NCBI GenBank assembly: GCA_050942745.1
Contig: JBMNNX010000001.1
Location: 22,938 to 86,937 of the forward strand
Length of the DNA: 64,000 bases
Origin: Myxococcales bacterium
GTDB lineage: Bacteria > Myxococcota > Myxococcia > Myxococcales > UBA5297
Reading direction: 5' to 3'
In this document: positions 7,044 through 16,274 of the stretch, piece after piece
Position numbering within the stretch: the first letter of the stretch is position 1
How the letters are laid out: each line of letters begins with the position of its first letter
Made by a program: the position numbers and the translations under genes
The notes under the pieces: model-generated
The model's input: the letters and a program-made list of their open reading frames with translations, nothing else
Told to the model about the DNA's origin: nothing
Databases searched by the model: none

Positions 7044-8918
7044 TCAGTTCACCGAGACCAGGTAGAACTTGTTGCAGCTACGGTCCGCGATCTCCACGGT
7101 GCGCCCCTTGGCCTCGATGATGTTCTTCATGCCGTTGAAGCGGCTCTGCTCGACGACGAGCCACAGCGGCCCTTTGTGCGCGAGGAGCTCGTGGAACTTT
7201 GTGGCGTCCTTGATCTGGCGGATGTGGTTCGACGAGTAGAAGGTCTCGCCGCGCCAGTTCATGTAGTAGGCGCCGATAGGCTCGTCGGGCGAGCCGCGCT
7301 GCTCGTAGTAGGCCCAGAAGATGTCGCGCTGCGACCAGTGGAAGCTCAGGTCCTTCCAGTGGACCCAGGAGACGTAGACCGCGAAGCTGGCGGCGATGAC
7401 CGCGAAGGTGCCGGCGAGCATCTTCTTGGCCCGCCACACGTAGGCGAGCACGAGCCACAGCCCGCCGCCCACGAAGATCACCGAGAAGACCTGCTTCGGG
7501 TTCACCTCCACCGAGGGGTACGGCCGCTCGTAGTTGTAGACGAACAGGTTGACGAGGTGCTTCGGGGCGAGCCAGAGGTTCTGGGCTATCGCGGCGAAGA
7601 AGGCGATGCCGAGCAGCACCGGCACCGCGTTCCCCTCTATCCCCTCGCGCCACAGCTTGTCGGCGTAGAGCGCGGCGAGGATCGCGAGCGGCGGCACCAC
7701 CGGGAAACAGTAGTGGTGGAACTTGGTCGCGCTCATCGCGAAGGTGAAGAACGAGGCCGCCGCCCAGATCGTGACGAAGAGCGCGCCGCGGCTCTTGGTG
7801 TCCTGGTCGCGCGGGCGCAGCTTGCCGATGAGCGCGAGCGCCCCCGGCACCAGCGCGGCCCAGGGGAACATCGCGAAGCCGAGCTGCTCGATGAAGTAGG
7901 CGAAGGTGCCGCCGGGCGTGGTGGTGTGGACCCCGGCGCCCAGGCGCTTGAAGTGATCGTGGACGAAAAAGCGGTAGTAGAAGGTCTTCGACTCGTCGTC
8001 CTTGCCGTCGAACAGGATGAGGGTCAGGTACCAGGGCACCGCGATGATCACGAGCAAGGCGATGCCGTGGAGCGCCCGCGAGCGCCGCAGCACCTTCCAG
8101 TCCCAGGTGACCAGCAGGTAGACGAGCATGATGAGCCCGGGCAGCGCGAACCCGAGCAGCCCCTTGGCCAGGGTCGCCAGGCCGAAGAAGGCGTAGGCGA
8201 GGCACCACCAGAAGGTCGCCTTCGGCGAGCGCGCGGTGCCGTTCGGGTTGAGCTCGCCGCGCGTCTTCGGGTCGAGCTCGGCGATCATGAAGCAGGCGAG
8301 GCCGCTGGCCATCAGGGTCACGAACGGCGTGTCGGTCACCGTCTGGCGCGCGAGCAGGAAGTAGAGCGGGCTGGTCGCGGTGGCAAAGCCGGCGATGAGC
8401 CCGGCGCGCCGGCTGAAGACTCGCCCGACGGCCAGGGTGATCAGCCCGACCGCGAGGATGGAGAGCGCGGCGAACGGCAGCCTCATTCCCCACTCGGTGT
8501 AGATGCCCAGGGCCGCGTTGCCGTTGAGCGCCCCGGACGCCCACAGCCCGAAGGCCTGCAGCCACATCGTCAGCGCGGGCTTGGAGAAGAAGTAGGCGTT
8601 CTCCCAGTACGGGAAGAGGTAGTCGCGCTTGGCGACCATCGTGCGCGCGACCTCGCCGTAGTGGACCTCCCAGGGGTCCCACAGCCCGACCGCGCCCAGC
8701 CACGGGATGAAGACGAGCGCGGCGAACAGGGTCGTCGAGAGCACGTCGCGCGCCTCGGCCGGGAGCGCGAGCCAGCGCTTGACCAGGCCGAGCCCCATCA
8801 CCCGCTTGCCGAGGATCGACTCGACGATGCCCGGGCCCTCGTCGTGCTCCTTAGCGCCGGGCGGCACCTCCTGCAGCTCCCTGCGCGCGCCCAGGTCCTT
8901 GTCCTTTGGCTTGGCCAT
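7044..8918 (-). CDS. GT39-family (ArnT/PMT-like) membrane glycosyltransferase
   Basis: 624 aa and polytopic. N-terminal loop motif LWDPWEVHYGEVARTMV...YFFSKPAL, typical of the dolichyl/undecaprenyl-phosphate sugar transferase family. ATG 8916-8918 with GGAG upstream. Confidence 0.7.
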   Translation of the reverse strand: MAKPKDKDLGARRELQEVPPGAKEHDEGPGIVESILGKRVMGLGLVKRWLALPAEARDVLSTTLFAALVFIPWLGAVGLWDPWEVHYGEVARTMVAKRDYLFPYWENAYFFSKPALTMWLQAFGLWASGALNGNAALGIYTEWGMRLPFAALSILAVGLITLAVGRVFSRRAGLIAGFATATSPLYFLLARQTVTDTPFVTLMASGLACFMIAELDPKTRGELNPNGTARSPKATFWWCLAYAFFGLATLAKGLLGFALPGLIMLVYLLVTWDWKVLRRSRALHGIALLVIIAVPWYLTLILFDGKDDESKTFYYRFFVHDHFKRLGAGVHTTTPGGTFAYFIEQLGFAMFPWAALVPGALALIGKLRPRDQDTKSRGALFVTIWAAASFFTFAMSATKFHHYCFPVVPPLAILAALYADKLWREGIEGNAVPVLLGIAFFAAIAQNLWLAPKHLVNLFVYNYERPYPSVEVNPKQVFSVIFVGGGLWLVLAYVWRAKKMLAGTFAVIAASFAVYVSWVHWKDLSFHWSQRDIFWAYYEQRGSPDEPIGAYYMNWRGETFYSSNHIRQIKDATKFHELLAHKGPLWLVVEQSRFNGMKNIIEAKGRTVEIADRSCNKFYLVSVN

Positions 8919-8960
8919 GCGTGCTCCGTCTTCCGCCGACCGGTGGCGAAAAGCCGGGCC

Positions 8961-8969
8961 GTTATATCA
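8961..8969 (-). promoter_or_regulatory. candidate extended -10 promoter element for the GT39 operon
   Basis: The minus strand reads TGATATAAC (TGnTATAAT-like), an isolated AT-rich patch about 43 nt upstream of the GT39 ATG. Confidence 0.3.
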
Positions 8970-9244
8970 GGGGATTCGCTGGGTTGGCTCGCCTTCTGTC
9001 GCGTGCTGCACTCTGGCTTGCGCCCCCCTGCCCGCTCGCCCGGCACTCTCGGCAACTCCCGGCCCGCGCCCCCGGCTCGGGCGCTCGTGGGCGCAGGGCG
9101 GCCCCGCGGAGCGCGCGAGGCGAGGGAGCGCTCGAAAGAGCGCACGGGGAGGGTTCCAGCAGGGTCCGGTTTCGAGGTAGAAGGGGTGCTGCAACAAGGG
9201 TAGGCGAGCGTGCGACAATGTCGTAAGCCCCCGAGGAGGCAACC

Positions 9245-11329
9245 ATGCACTTGCGAACCACCATCGTCGCGGCAGTCCTGCTCGCGTCCGCCCAGGCCGT
9301 CGCGGTCCCCTGCCCGGACGAGCTGCCCGTGCTGTTCGTCGTCCAGGACAAGTCGAACTCAATGTGGGCGGTGCCCTCGGCCTCCTGCAGCACCTGCCCG
9401 CGCAAGTGGGAGTCGTCCAAGGTGGCGGTCACCAGCCTGGCCACCTCGTTCTCCAACCGCTTCCGCTTCGGCCTGCAGATGTACCCGCGGGAGGCGACGA
9501 GCTTCAACTGCAACACCGGCACGGTGCGCAGCGCGGTGCCCGCCACCGCCGCGCAGATCGAAGACGCCTACGAGACTTACTACCCGGGCGGCGGCACCCC
9601 AACCGCGGCGAGCCTGCTGGCCGCGCGCAGCTATCTCGACAGCCTGAACCTGGGCGCCGGTGAGCCGGCGTACGTGCTGCTCATCACCGACGGGCTGCCC
9701 AACTGCAGCGACCAGCTCAACCCGCAGACCTGCGGGCAGATGACCACCGGGTGCGCGAGCACCGCGGAGGGCTGCGCGTCGAAGGACTGCCTCGACGACC
9801 AGGCGAGCGAGCAGGCGGCCGCGGCGCTCTGGGCGGCCGGCTACAAGGTCTACGTCGTCGGCTTCGGCTCCGAGGTCTCGGCCGACAACGACAAGCGCGT
9901 CCTCGACGCCATCGCCCAGGCCGGCGGCACCGGCCAGGCGCTGGTCGCCACCGATCAGAACGGGCTCATCGCCGCCCTCGAGCAGGTCGCCTTCAACGCC
10001 AGCACCTGCTGCGAGGACGTCTGCGCCGCGGGCAGCTCGCAGTGCGTGAGCGCCACCTCGGTCAAGCGCTGCCAGCTCGACGCGTCCATCGGCTGCACCA
10101 CCTGGACGGTGAGCGCCTGCCCGAACCAGAGCGCCTGCGTCAACGGCGCCTGTCAGACCTGCACCGACGCCTGCACCGCGGGCTCGAGCCGCTGCAGCGG
10201 CGACACCGCCGAGCGCTGCGAGGTCGGCGCCAACGGCTGCACCTCCTGGGTCGCGGCCGACGAGTGCACCTGGGGCGAGGTCTGCAGCAACGGCGCCTGC
10301 GTGTCCTGCGAGAGCTGCACCATCGGCGACAGCCGCTGCGTCGGCGCCTCCTCGGTCGAGCGCTGCGTCCGCGACCTGTGGACCGGCTGCACCGACTGGG
10401 AGCGCTCGAGCTGCCTGAACGGCTCGGTCTGCGCCAACGGCACCTGCGAGAGCTGCGCGACCGAGTGCACCGCGGGCTCGAAGCGCTGCGTGGGCGACGT
10501 CCCCGAGGCCTGCGTGGCCGACAGCCAGGGCTGCACCTCATGGCAGGCCGGCGCCCGCTGCACTGACTTCTGCAGCGGCGGCGCCTGCGAAACCTGCGGG
10601 ACCGACTGCGCCATCAGCGAAGTGCGCTGCAATGGCGCGACGGTCGAGCGCTGCGTGATCGACGCCAACGACTGCCCGGTCTGGGAGCTCAGCGACCGCT
10701 GCGAGGCGGGCGAGCTGTGCGTCAACGGCCGCTGCGAGCCCTGCCCGGTGCAGTGCGCCGCGGGCGAGCGGCGCTGCGACGGCACGAGTGTCGAGACCTG
10801 CTTGGCGCAGGCCGACGGCTGCAACGCCTGGGCGGCGAGCGCCTGCGCGGCCGGTCAGATCTGCCTCGACGGCGCCTGCACCGAGCCGTGCAGCGACGCC
10901 TGCGCCGAGGGCGAGGTGAGGTGCGACCTGCAGGGCGTCCCGCAGACCTGCGAGCGCGCCCCGAACGGCTGCACGGTCTGGATGTCCGGCGCCGAGTGCG
11001 CTGACGACACCGTCTGCTACCAGGGCCTGTGCCGCACGCGCTGCTCGGGCGGCGAGATCGAGACCTGCCGGAAGGGCTTCATCTGCACCGGCCTGCCGGA
11101 GGGCCGGCTCTGCCTGCCGCGCGAGGACGAGCCGAACGAGCCGCCGACGCCGCAGGATCCGAGCGACGACCCGAGCGACGACCCGGGCGCGGGCGGCGCC
11201 GATCCCATCGACGGCGAGCCGGCGGTCACCACCGTGGACACCGGCTGCGGCTGCGGCGCCGCCGGCGGCACCGCGCTCGCGCTGCTGGTCGCTCCGCTCG
11301 CGCTCGCGGCCCTGCGCCGTCGCCGCTAG
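9245..11329 (+). CDS. secreted vWA-domain protein with seven ~48-aa Cys-rich repeats and a MYXO-CTERM-type tail
   Basis: Signal peptide MHLRTTIVAAVLLASAQAVA. MIDAS motif DKSNS. Seven repeats of C..G..RC.....ERC......C..W....C.....C..G.C. C-terminus ...DTGCGCGAAGGTALALLVAPLALAALRRRR. Confidence 0.8.
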   Translation: MHLRTTIVAAVLLASAQAVAVPCPDELPVLFVVQDKSNSMWAVPSASCSTCPRKWESSKVAVTSLATSFSNRFRFGLQMYPREATSFNCNTGTVRSAVPATAAQIEDAYETYYPGGGTPTAASLLAARSYLDSLNLGAGEPAYVLLITDGLPNCSDQLNPQTCGQMTTGCASTAEGCASKDCLDDQASEQAAAALWAAGYKVYVVGFGSEVSADNDKRVLDAIAQAGGTGQALVATDQNGLIAALEQVAFNASTCCEDVCAAGSSQCVSATSVKRCQLDASIGCTTWTVSACPNQSACVNGACQTCTDACTAGSSRCSGDTAERCEVGANGCTSWVAADECTWGEVCSNGACVSCESCTIGDSRCVGASSVERCVRDLWTGCTDWERSSCLNGSVCANGTCESCATECTAGSKRCVGDVPEACVADSQGCTSWQAGARCTDFCSGGACETCGTDCAISEVRCNGATVERCVIDANDCPVWELSDRCEAGELCVNGRCEPCPVQCAAGERRCDGTSVETCLAQADGCNAWAASACAAGQICLDGACTEPCSDACAEGEVRCDLQGVPQTCERAPNGCTVWMSGAECADDTVCYQGLCRTRCSGGEIETCRKGFICTGLPEGRLCLPREDEPNEPPTPQDPSDDPSDDPGAGGADPIDGEPAVTTVDTGCGCGAAGGTALALLVAPLALAALRRRR

Positions 11330-11412
11330 GGTGTAAAGGGCGGCCCGCCCGCTCGATTGGCCCCCGGGAAACAGGGTAAGTTCCCCGGGGGCAAGCACCC
11401 CCGAGGATCAGC

Positions 11413-12645
11413 ATGAACATCGAGGCGAGCTGTCTTCCCCACCCCGAGCGCGAAAGCGCGTACCTGCTCTTCCTGGAGCTGAGCGCCGCGGACGAAGGCG
11501 CCTCCGCGCGCCAGCCGGTCCACCTCGCCCTGGCGATCGACGCCTCGAGCTCTATGGGCGGGCCGCGGCTCGCGCGCGCGGTCGAGGCCGCCCGCGCGGT
11601 CGTCGACAGGCTCGACTCGGAAGACACCTTCTGTCTGCTCGCCTTCGACCGCTCGGTGCGCGTGCTCTTCGGTCCGGGGAAGGCCAACGGCGAGGGCCGC
11701 GCGGCCATCTTCAAGGCGCTCGCCGAGCTCAAGCCCGGCGTCGGCACCAACCTGCACGCGGCCATAGAGCAGGCCCACCAGCTCATGCGCCGGGTCTTCG
11801 TGCGCGGCACCCGGCCGCACGTCATCGTCCTGACCGACGGCTATCCGTCGGTGGGCGCGATGGACCCGCAGGAGTTCCTCAAGCTGACCCGCGCGGCGGC
11901 CTCCGAGGGCATCGTCACCTCGGCGATGGGGGTCGGGCTCGACTACGACGAGTCCGCCGTCGGCGCCATCGCCACTGGCGGCGGCGGGCGCTACTCGTTC
12001 GTCGACAAGGCCTCGGACATCCCCGGCGCGCTCGCCCAGCACCTGTCGGACCTCTTCGCGATCGCGGTGGAGAACGTGACGGTGCGCGTCTCGCCGGCGG
12101 GCGCGGTGCGCGAGGCGCGGCTGCTGCACCGCTACCCGACCAAGGTGAGCCCCGAGGGCTTCGTCGTCGAGACCGGGCCCATCGGCCGCGGCAACCCGCG
12201 CCGGCTGCTGTTCGAGCTGAAGACGAGCGCGCGGCCCGAGCCGGTGGCGGCCACCATCGCCCTCACCGTCCACGGCTCGGGCAAAGCGCCCGACCGCATC
12301 CTGTCGGTGCCGGTCGATCCGGATGCACCCTCGGCCCGCGAGGCCGAGCGCGAGCTGTGGCGCCTGAAGCTGTCGGACCACGAGACCGCGTTCTGGGACG
12401 CGGTCCACGAGAACGACAAGCCCGCGGCCGCCCAGGCGCTGACGGCGGCCGAGATCGCGCTCGAGAAGCTGCTCGACTGCGGCGCGACGCCCGCCGAGGT
12501 CGAGCCGGATCGCCTCCGGCTGCGCGACGATCAGGCCGTGCTCGAAGGCCGGCTCTCGCACGAGGCCCGGGAGGCGGCGCGCAAGCGCTCGCACCACACC
12601 GCCATCTCGCGCGTGACCAGCCTGACCGGAAAGACGGACGAGTAG
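11413..12645 (+). CDS. vWA-domain protein, no signal peptide
   Basis: MIDAS motif DASSS (LALAIDASSSMGG), then GTNLHAAI and VIVLTDGYP. C-terminal helical region. RBS GAGGA upstream of the ATG. Confidence 0.7.
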   Translation: MNIEASCLPHPERESAYLLFLELSAADEGASARQPVHLALAIDASSSMGGPRLARAVEAARAVVDRLDSEDTFCLLAFDRSVRVLFGPGKANGEGRAAIFKALAELKPGVGTNLHAAIEQAHQLMRRVFVRGTRPHVIVLTDGYPSVGAMDPQEFLKLTRAAASEGIVTSAMGVGLDYDESAVGAIATGGGGRYSFVDKASDIPGALAQHLSDLFAIAVENVTVRVSPAGAVREARLLHRYPTKVSPEGFVVETGPIGRGNPRRLLFELKTSARPEPVAATIALTVHGSGKAPDRILSVPVDPDAPSAREAERELWRLKLSDHETAFWDAVHENDKPAAAQALTAAEIALEKLLDCGATPAEVEPDRLRLRDDQAVLEGRLSHEAREAARKRSHHTAISRVTSLTGKTDE

Positions 12646-12716
12646 CGGCGCTTCACCCGCTCGCAGCGCTCCCCGATCCGCCCCGGTCCGCGGGTCTCGA
12701 GAGCCTCGGAGGTCGA

Positions 12717-13481
12717 ATGAACAAGGCCATCGTCGCGCTTGCGCTGTGTCTCCCGCTCTTCGCGTGGGCGGCCGACGTGCTGTCCGAACACCAGATCGAG
12801 CGACGCCATATCGAGGAGAGCCTCTTCAGCTTCGTCGTCCACCGGACGACCTGGATCCCGAGCGTGCCCGACTCGCTCAAGGCGCTGCCCGCCTCCAAGC
12901 GCCCCGAGGTGGTGCGGGCCCTCGGCCAGTTGGCCAAGGCCTACTTCAGCTCCGAGGCCTTCCAGAAGCGCTATGCCGAGGCCCGCCAGGCCGCGCAGCC
13001 GCAGAAGCCCGCGCCGCCCAAGCCCGGCAAGGTCCTCGCGGCCGAGGTGAAGGCCGAGCTCGAGCGCAACCTCGCCGGCACCGAAGACCAGATCAAGCTC
13101 CTGCCGCCCGATCAGCAGGCCACGGTGCGCCAGGCGCTCGCCGAGATGAGAGCCGTGGTGCCGACCGACCCGGTGCTCCTCGAGCAAGCGGAGCAGGCGC
13201 GCTACCAAGACGAGCTGCGCCGGTACGAAGAAGCGCGCGCGCGGCAGCCGCCCGAGGACCCGCGCAAGGCCGTGAAAGCGGGGCTCGAGCGCTTCCTCGA
13301 GCTGTGCGACGGGGTGGACTTCAAGGCCAAGCTCGTCGGCGAGGAGGGGAGCCCGCGGCGCTTCGAGCGCGGGGACTACGAGTCAAAACCCAACGAGTGG
13401 AAGGCGTGCTTCCGCGCCGGCAAGGAGGCGACCGAGGCGGCGCGCGCCTTCGCCCGCGAATGGCTCAAGACGCTCGAGTAG
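12717..13481 (+). CDS. secreted helical hypothetical protein
   Basis: Start re-set to ATG 12717 (GGAGG at 12708-12712). Signal peptide MNKAIVALALCLPLFAWA. Lys/Glu/Gln-rich helical sequence. Confidence 0.6.
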   Translation: MNKAIVALALCLPLFAWAADVLSEHQIERRHIEESLFSFVVHRTTWIPSVPDSLKALPASKRPEVVRALGQLAKAYFSSEAFQKRYAEARQAAQPQKPAPPKPGKVLAAEVKAELERNLAGTEDQIKLLPPDQQATVRQALAEMRAVVPTDPVLLEQAEQARYQDELRRYEEARARQPPEDPRKAVKAGLERFLELCDGVDFKAKLVGEEGSPRRFERGDYESKPNEWKACFRAGKEATEAARAFAREWLKTLE

Positions 13482-13613
13482 GCAGCCCGAGGCGGCACCC
13501 TCGCCAACGCCGTGCGAGCGAGCACTGAACCGGGCGCCGCCTCTCCGGTCCGAGTCAGTCCTCCTTCACTCCACCGCGCGCTCCGACGCGGCTCGGGAAC
13601 CCGGCGCCCCTGG

Positions 13614-14222
13614 TCAGGCGTGCGGCCGGTGCGGCGAGATGCTCGGCGGCACCCAAGGCTGCTCGGGCGGCGTCGGCAGCTCCTCGAGCAGGTCGGCGAA
13701 GCCGTCGGCGAAGTGCTGCACCGCCAGCCAGTCGGTGAAGACGTAGTCGCGGCTCGTATCCGTGGCGCCCAGCGAGCGGAAGACGAGCCGCATCAGCAGC
13801 TTGGTCAGCGGGTTGTAGGACGTGTAGCTGACCGCGCCGCCAATGTAGCCGACGCTCGGCGGCCTCCACCCCGTGTCGATGACGAACCGCTCGACGTCCT
13901 CGCGCGCGATCCGCAGCTCCCGGGGCTTCCTCGAGGCGGCCGCGAGGCTTACTGCGAAGAAGGCAGCCGGCATCCTCTCGAGCTGCGCCTTGTTGGCCGC
14001 GACGAAGCGCCGCAGCGGGCGCTGGAACCTGCGCGCGTAGACCGAGCCGCCGACGAGCACGGCGTCGTAGCGCGAAAGTGAGAAGTCGCGCTCCAACTTG
14101 CCTATCTGCCGCAGGTCGACCGGGTAGCCGCGCAGGCGAAGCTGGCCCGCAAGCCGCTCGGCGACCTTGCCGGTGTGCCCGTGCGAGGTCGCGTAGAGAA
14201 TCAGGATCCGCCTCTGAGCCAT
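13614..14222 (-). CDS. hemG: flavodoxin-like protein, HemG-type protoporphyrinogen oxidase family
   Basis: Start re-set to ATG 14220-14222 (GGAGG upstream). ILILYATSHGHTGKVAE... and the C-terminal ...TDTSRDYVFTDWLAVQHFA... parallel E. coli HemG (TDTRKEVVYTDWEQVANFA, from memory). Confidence 0.6.
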   Translation of the reverse strand: MAQRRILILYATSHGHTGKVAERLAGQLRLRGYPVDLRQIGKLERDFSLSRYDAVLVGGSVYARRFQRPLRRFVAANKAQLERMPAAFFAVSLAAASRKPRELRIAREDVERFVIDTGWRPPSVGYIGGAVSYTSYNPLTKLLMRLVFRSLGATDTSRDYVFTDWLAVQHFADGFADLLEELPTPPEQPWVPPSISPHRPHA

Positions 14223-14462
14223 GGCTCGCTCCTCCGGCGCCGCCCTCTGGAGCCTGCGAGCGGGCGAAGACGCTCCCGCGCGGCGCCTCTCTGAAGGTGG
14301 GGTCGCGCCCGTCCCGGAACAGAGCGCCGAGCGGCGATGTCTCCGCACTGCGACGGGATGAGGCATCCCTCGGCCGCTCGAGCGCGCCGCGAGCGGCGGC
14401 CCGGCGCGCCGGCGGGTGTGCTATCCTCCGCCCTCACTCCCGGAGAGGTCACGGTCACAAGG

Positions 14463-15926
14463 ATGAAACACGCACTTCTCGGACTCGCCTTCGCCGCGGC
14501 CGCGGCATGCGCAGCTCCCCAGCGCCCTGTCCCCGCCGCTGAGCAGGCGGCTCCTAAGCAACCGAGCAGCCCGCCGCGCGAGAAGATCGATGGGGTCGCG
14601 CAGCCTCTGGCTGCCGCGCCCCGGCAACCGAGCAGCCGACTTCGCGAGAAGATCGATGCGCTCGCGAAGCCTCTGATCAAGGACCTCTGGCTGAAGGGGC
14701 TCGCGATAGCGGTCGCCGGGCCGGACGGCGCCGAGATCTTCACCTACGGGACGAGCGGCGCCGGAGGTGCGGCCGTCACGCCGGACACGCTCTTCGAGAT
14801 CGGCTCGATCACCAAGGTATTCGCCTCCATCCTCCTCGCGGACATGGTCATCCGCGGCGAGGCGCAGCTCGACGAGCCGGTCTCGGCGCTCTTGGGCGGC
14901 GCGCGCGTGCCGAGCCTGGACGGGGTCGAGATAAGCCTGGAGCACCTTTCGACGCACTCCTCGGGCCTGCCGCAGATGCCGTCGAACCTCGAGCCTGCCG
15001 ATCTCGCAAACCCGTTCGCCGACTACACCGTTGAGAAGATGCTCGCCTTCCTCGCGGACTACACGCTGCCGCGGGCGCCCGGCGCTGCAAGCGAGTACAG
15101 CAACTTCGCCGTCGGGCTGCTCGGGCACGCGCTGGCCCAGCGCGCCGGCAAGCCCTTCGAGCAGCTCGTGCGCGAGCGCATCTGCGAGCCGCTCGGGATG
15201 AAGGACACAGCCATCGCGCTGACCGAAGAGCAGCGCGCCCGCTTCGCGCGCGGCCACGACATGGACGGCCGGCCAGTCCACCACTGGGATCTCTCCTCGC
15301 TCGCCGCCGCAGGTGGGCTGCGCTCGACGGCAAACGACATGCTGCGCTTCCTGCGCGCGAACCTCGGAGAGATCGACTCGCCCATTGCCCCCGCCCTCGA
15401 GCTGACGCGCAAGGCGCGGCGCGAGCTGGGCCAGGGGCGCGACATGGGGCTCGGCTGGATAATCGGCAAGAAGGACGGCCTCGTCTGGCACAACGGCCAG
15501 ACCGGAGGCTTCCACAGCTTCATCGGCTTCTATCCGGAGCAGAAGCTCGGGGCCGTCATGCTCGCCAACAACGGGACGGGCTTCGTCGACGCCCTCGGCC
15601 ACGCAGTGCTGCGAGTGATGCAAGGCAAGCCCTACCTCTTCGAGATGAAGGGCATCGCCGAGCTGCCGCAGGAGACGCTCGCGCGCTATGTCGGCAGCTA
15701 CCTGGTCGCCGAGGGACTCACGCTCGCCGTCGCGCTGGAAGGCGAGCGCCTCTTCGCCACCGTCACCGGACAGGCGCCGCTCGGCATCTACCCGGAGACC
15801 GCGACCGAGTTCTATTACCGGGCCGTGCGCGCGAAGCTCGTCTTCCAGGTCGACGCCGAGGGCAAGGTGACCGGCGTGGTCCTGAAACAGAACGGCACCG
15901 ACACCTTCGCGCGGCGGCTTCCGTAA
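14463..15926 (+). CDS. serine hydrolase of the beta-lactamase/class-C esterase family, exported
   Basis: Start re-set to ATG 14463 (MKHALLGLAFAAAAACAAP). SxxK motif SITK and YxN motif YSN. An N-terminal duplicated PSS..REKID segment. Confidence 0.75.
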   Translation: MKHALLGLAFAAAAACAAPQRPVPAAEQAAPKQPSSPPREKIDGVAQPLAAAPRQPSSRLREKIDALAKPLIKDLWLKGLAIAVAGPDGAEIFTYGTSGAGGAAVTPDTLFEIGSITKVFASILLADMVIRGEAQLDEPVSALLGGARVPSLDGVEISLEHLSTHSSGLPQMPSNLEPADLANPFADYTVEKMLAFLADYTLPRAPGAASEYSNFAVGLLGHALAQRAGKPFEQLVRERICEPLGMKDTAIALTEEQRARFARGHDMDGRPVHHWDLSSLAAAGGLRSTANDMLRFLRANLGEIDSPIAPALELTRKARRELGQGRDMGLGWIIGKKDGLVWHNGQTGGFHSFIGFYPEQKLGAVMLANNGTGFVDALGHAVLRVMQGKPYLFEMKGIAELPQETLARYVGSYLVAEGLTLAVALEGERLFATVTGQAPLGIYPETATEFYYRAVRAKLVFQVDAEGKVTGVVLKQNGTDTFARRLP

Positions 15927-15967
15927 GCGCTCGCAGCGCCGCAACCGAGCTATGCCCCGTTTTGCCT

Positions 15968-16274
15968 GAGCGGAGTCGAAGGGCTCGTCGATTCCGCGCG
16001 GCGCACCCGTTCGCCCTGAGCGTAGCTCCCGACGCGCAAGCGGCGGGAGCGGAGTCGAAGGGCTCCTCGATTCCGCGCGGCGCACCCGTTCACCCTGAGC
16101 GTAGCTCCCGACGCGCAAGCGGCGGCAGCGGAGTCGAAGGGCTCGTCGATTCCGCGCGGCGCACCCGTTCACCCTGAGCGTAGCTCCCGACGCGCAAGCG
16201 TCGGGAGCGGAGTCGAAGGGCTCCTCGAACTCACGCAGGGCCCTCGAATCCGCCTCCCGCGTTCCGCGGGAGGC
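15968..16274 (+). repeat. composite intergenic repeat: 3 full 79-bp units, a truncated unit, and a terminal 10-bp GC hairpin
   Basis: Units start at 15968, 16047, 16126 and 16205 (exact 79-bp period). Each holds the stem GCTCCCG..CGGGAGC. The terminal hairpin is GCCTCCCGCG-TTC-CGCGGGAGGC at 16252-16274, abutting the GT4 stop codon. Confidence 0.9.

Noticed and set aside
6027-9203. A 1058-aa plus-strand ORF spanning the ABC ATPase and GT39 genes. Similar long antisense or alternate-frame ORFs occur at 24795..27635, 43570..45135, 45323..46930, 47398..48720, 49171..50862, 56100..59288 and 56417..59359.
   Set aside because: All are Arg/Ala/Gly/Pro-rich with no domain signatures. Each overlaps a gene with unambiguous motifs (Walker boxes, DnaK, DnaJ, FtsK and so on) on the other strand or in another frame.
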